Shown here: positions 8,816 to 8,946 of the stretch, one piece after another | How the letters are laid out: each line of letters opens with the position of its first letter | How positions within the stretch are numbered: position 1 is the first letter of the stretch | Translations under genes and position numbers: made by a program | The notes under the pieces: generated by a model | Databases searched by the model: none | Seen by the model: only the letters and a program-made list of their open reading frames with translations | What the model was told of the DNA's origin: nothing | From: Octopus sinensis | Lineage: Eukaryota | Direction of reading: 5' to 3' | Assembly: GCF_006345805.1 (NCBI RefSeq) | Contig: NW_021828151.1 | Location: 1 to 8,946, forward strand | Length of the DNA stretch: 8,946 nt

Positions 8816-8946
8816 GGCTGCGGCCATGCTGAGGCACCGACTTGAAGGATTTTTTTCCAACAAATCTACCTTGTCCTTATATTTTGAATGCCTAGTATTT
8901 ATTCCATCGGCGGATTTGAACTCAGAACGTAACGACAGACGAAATA
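8816..8946 (-). mobile_element. SINE remnants: 3' part of the family at 1-319 joined to the head of the family at 3600-3776; runs off the window
   Basis: 8890-8910 GCCTAGTATTTATTCCATCGG matches 2-22 GCCCAGTACTTATTCTATCGG. 8908-8946 is a near reverse complement of 3621-3660. Confidence 0.7.

Noticed and set aside
1-8946. Prokaryotic RT system (retron, DGR, group II intron) or CRISPR array
   Set aside because: The RT is followed by a CCHC knuckle and RLE domain typical of eukaryotic non-LTR elements, the context is microsatellite- and SINE-rich animal DNA, and no repeat-spacer array is present.

Overview
AT-rich, repeat-dense animal DNA with no intact host gene. The SINE families look like octopus/cephalopod repeats (recognised from memory, not searched). 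Contents: (1) a decayed, 5'-truncated R4/Dong-clade non-LTR retrotransposon on the minus strand (RT, CCHC knuckle, restriction-like endonuclease; ~1788-3860), interrupted by a SINE with an 8-bp TSD and stacked on the 3' end of a second, different R4/Dong element (~1492-1788); (2) several tRNA-derived SINEs, including a two-headed copy inside one 12-bp TSD pair; (3) two ~390-bp non-autonomous Helitrons arranged tail-to-tail, with shared termini but different interiors; (4) extensive microsatellites, which explain most ORFs in the track. The most interesting unannotated signal is a type I hammerhead-ribozyme-like fold on the minus strand (1255-1329), inside a ~340-bp island embedded in (TA)n, suggesting a Penelope-like pLTR or retrozyme-type element.
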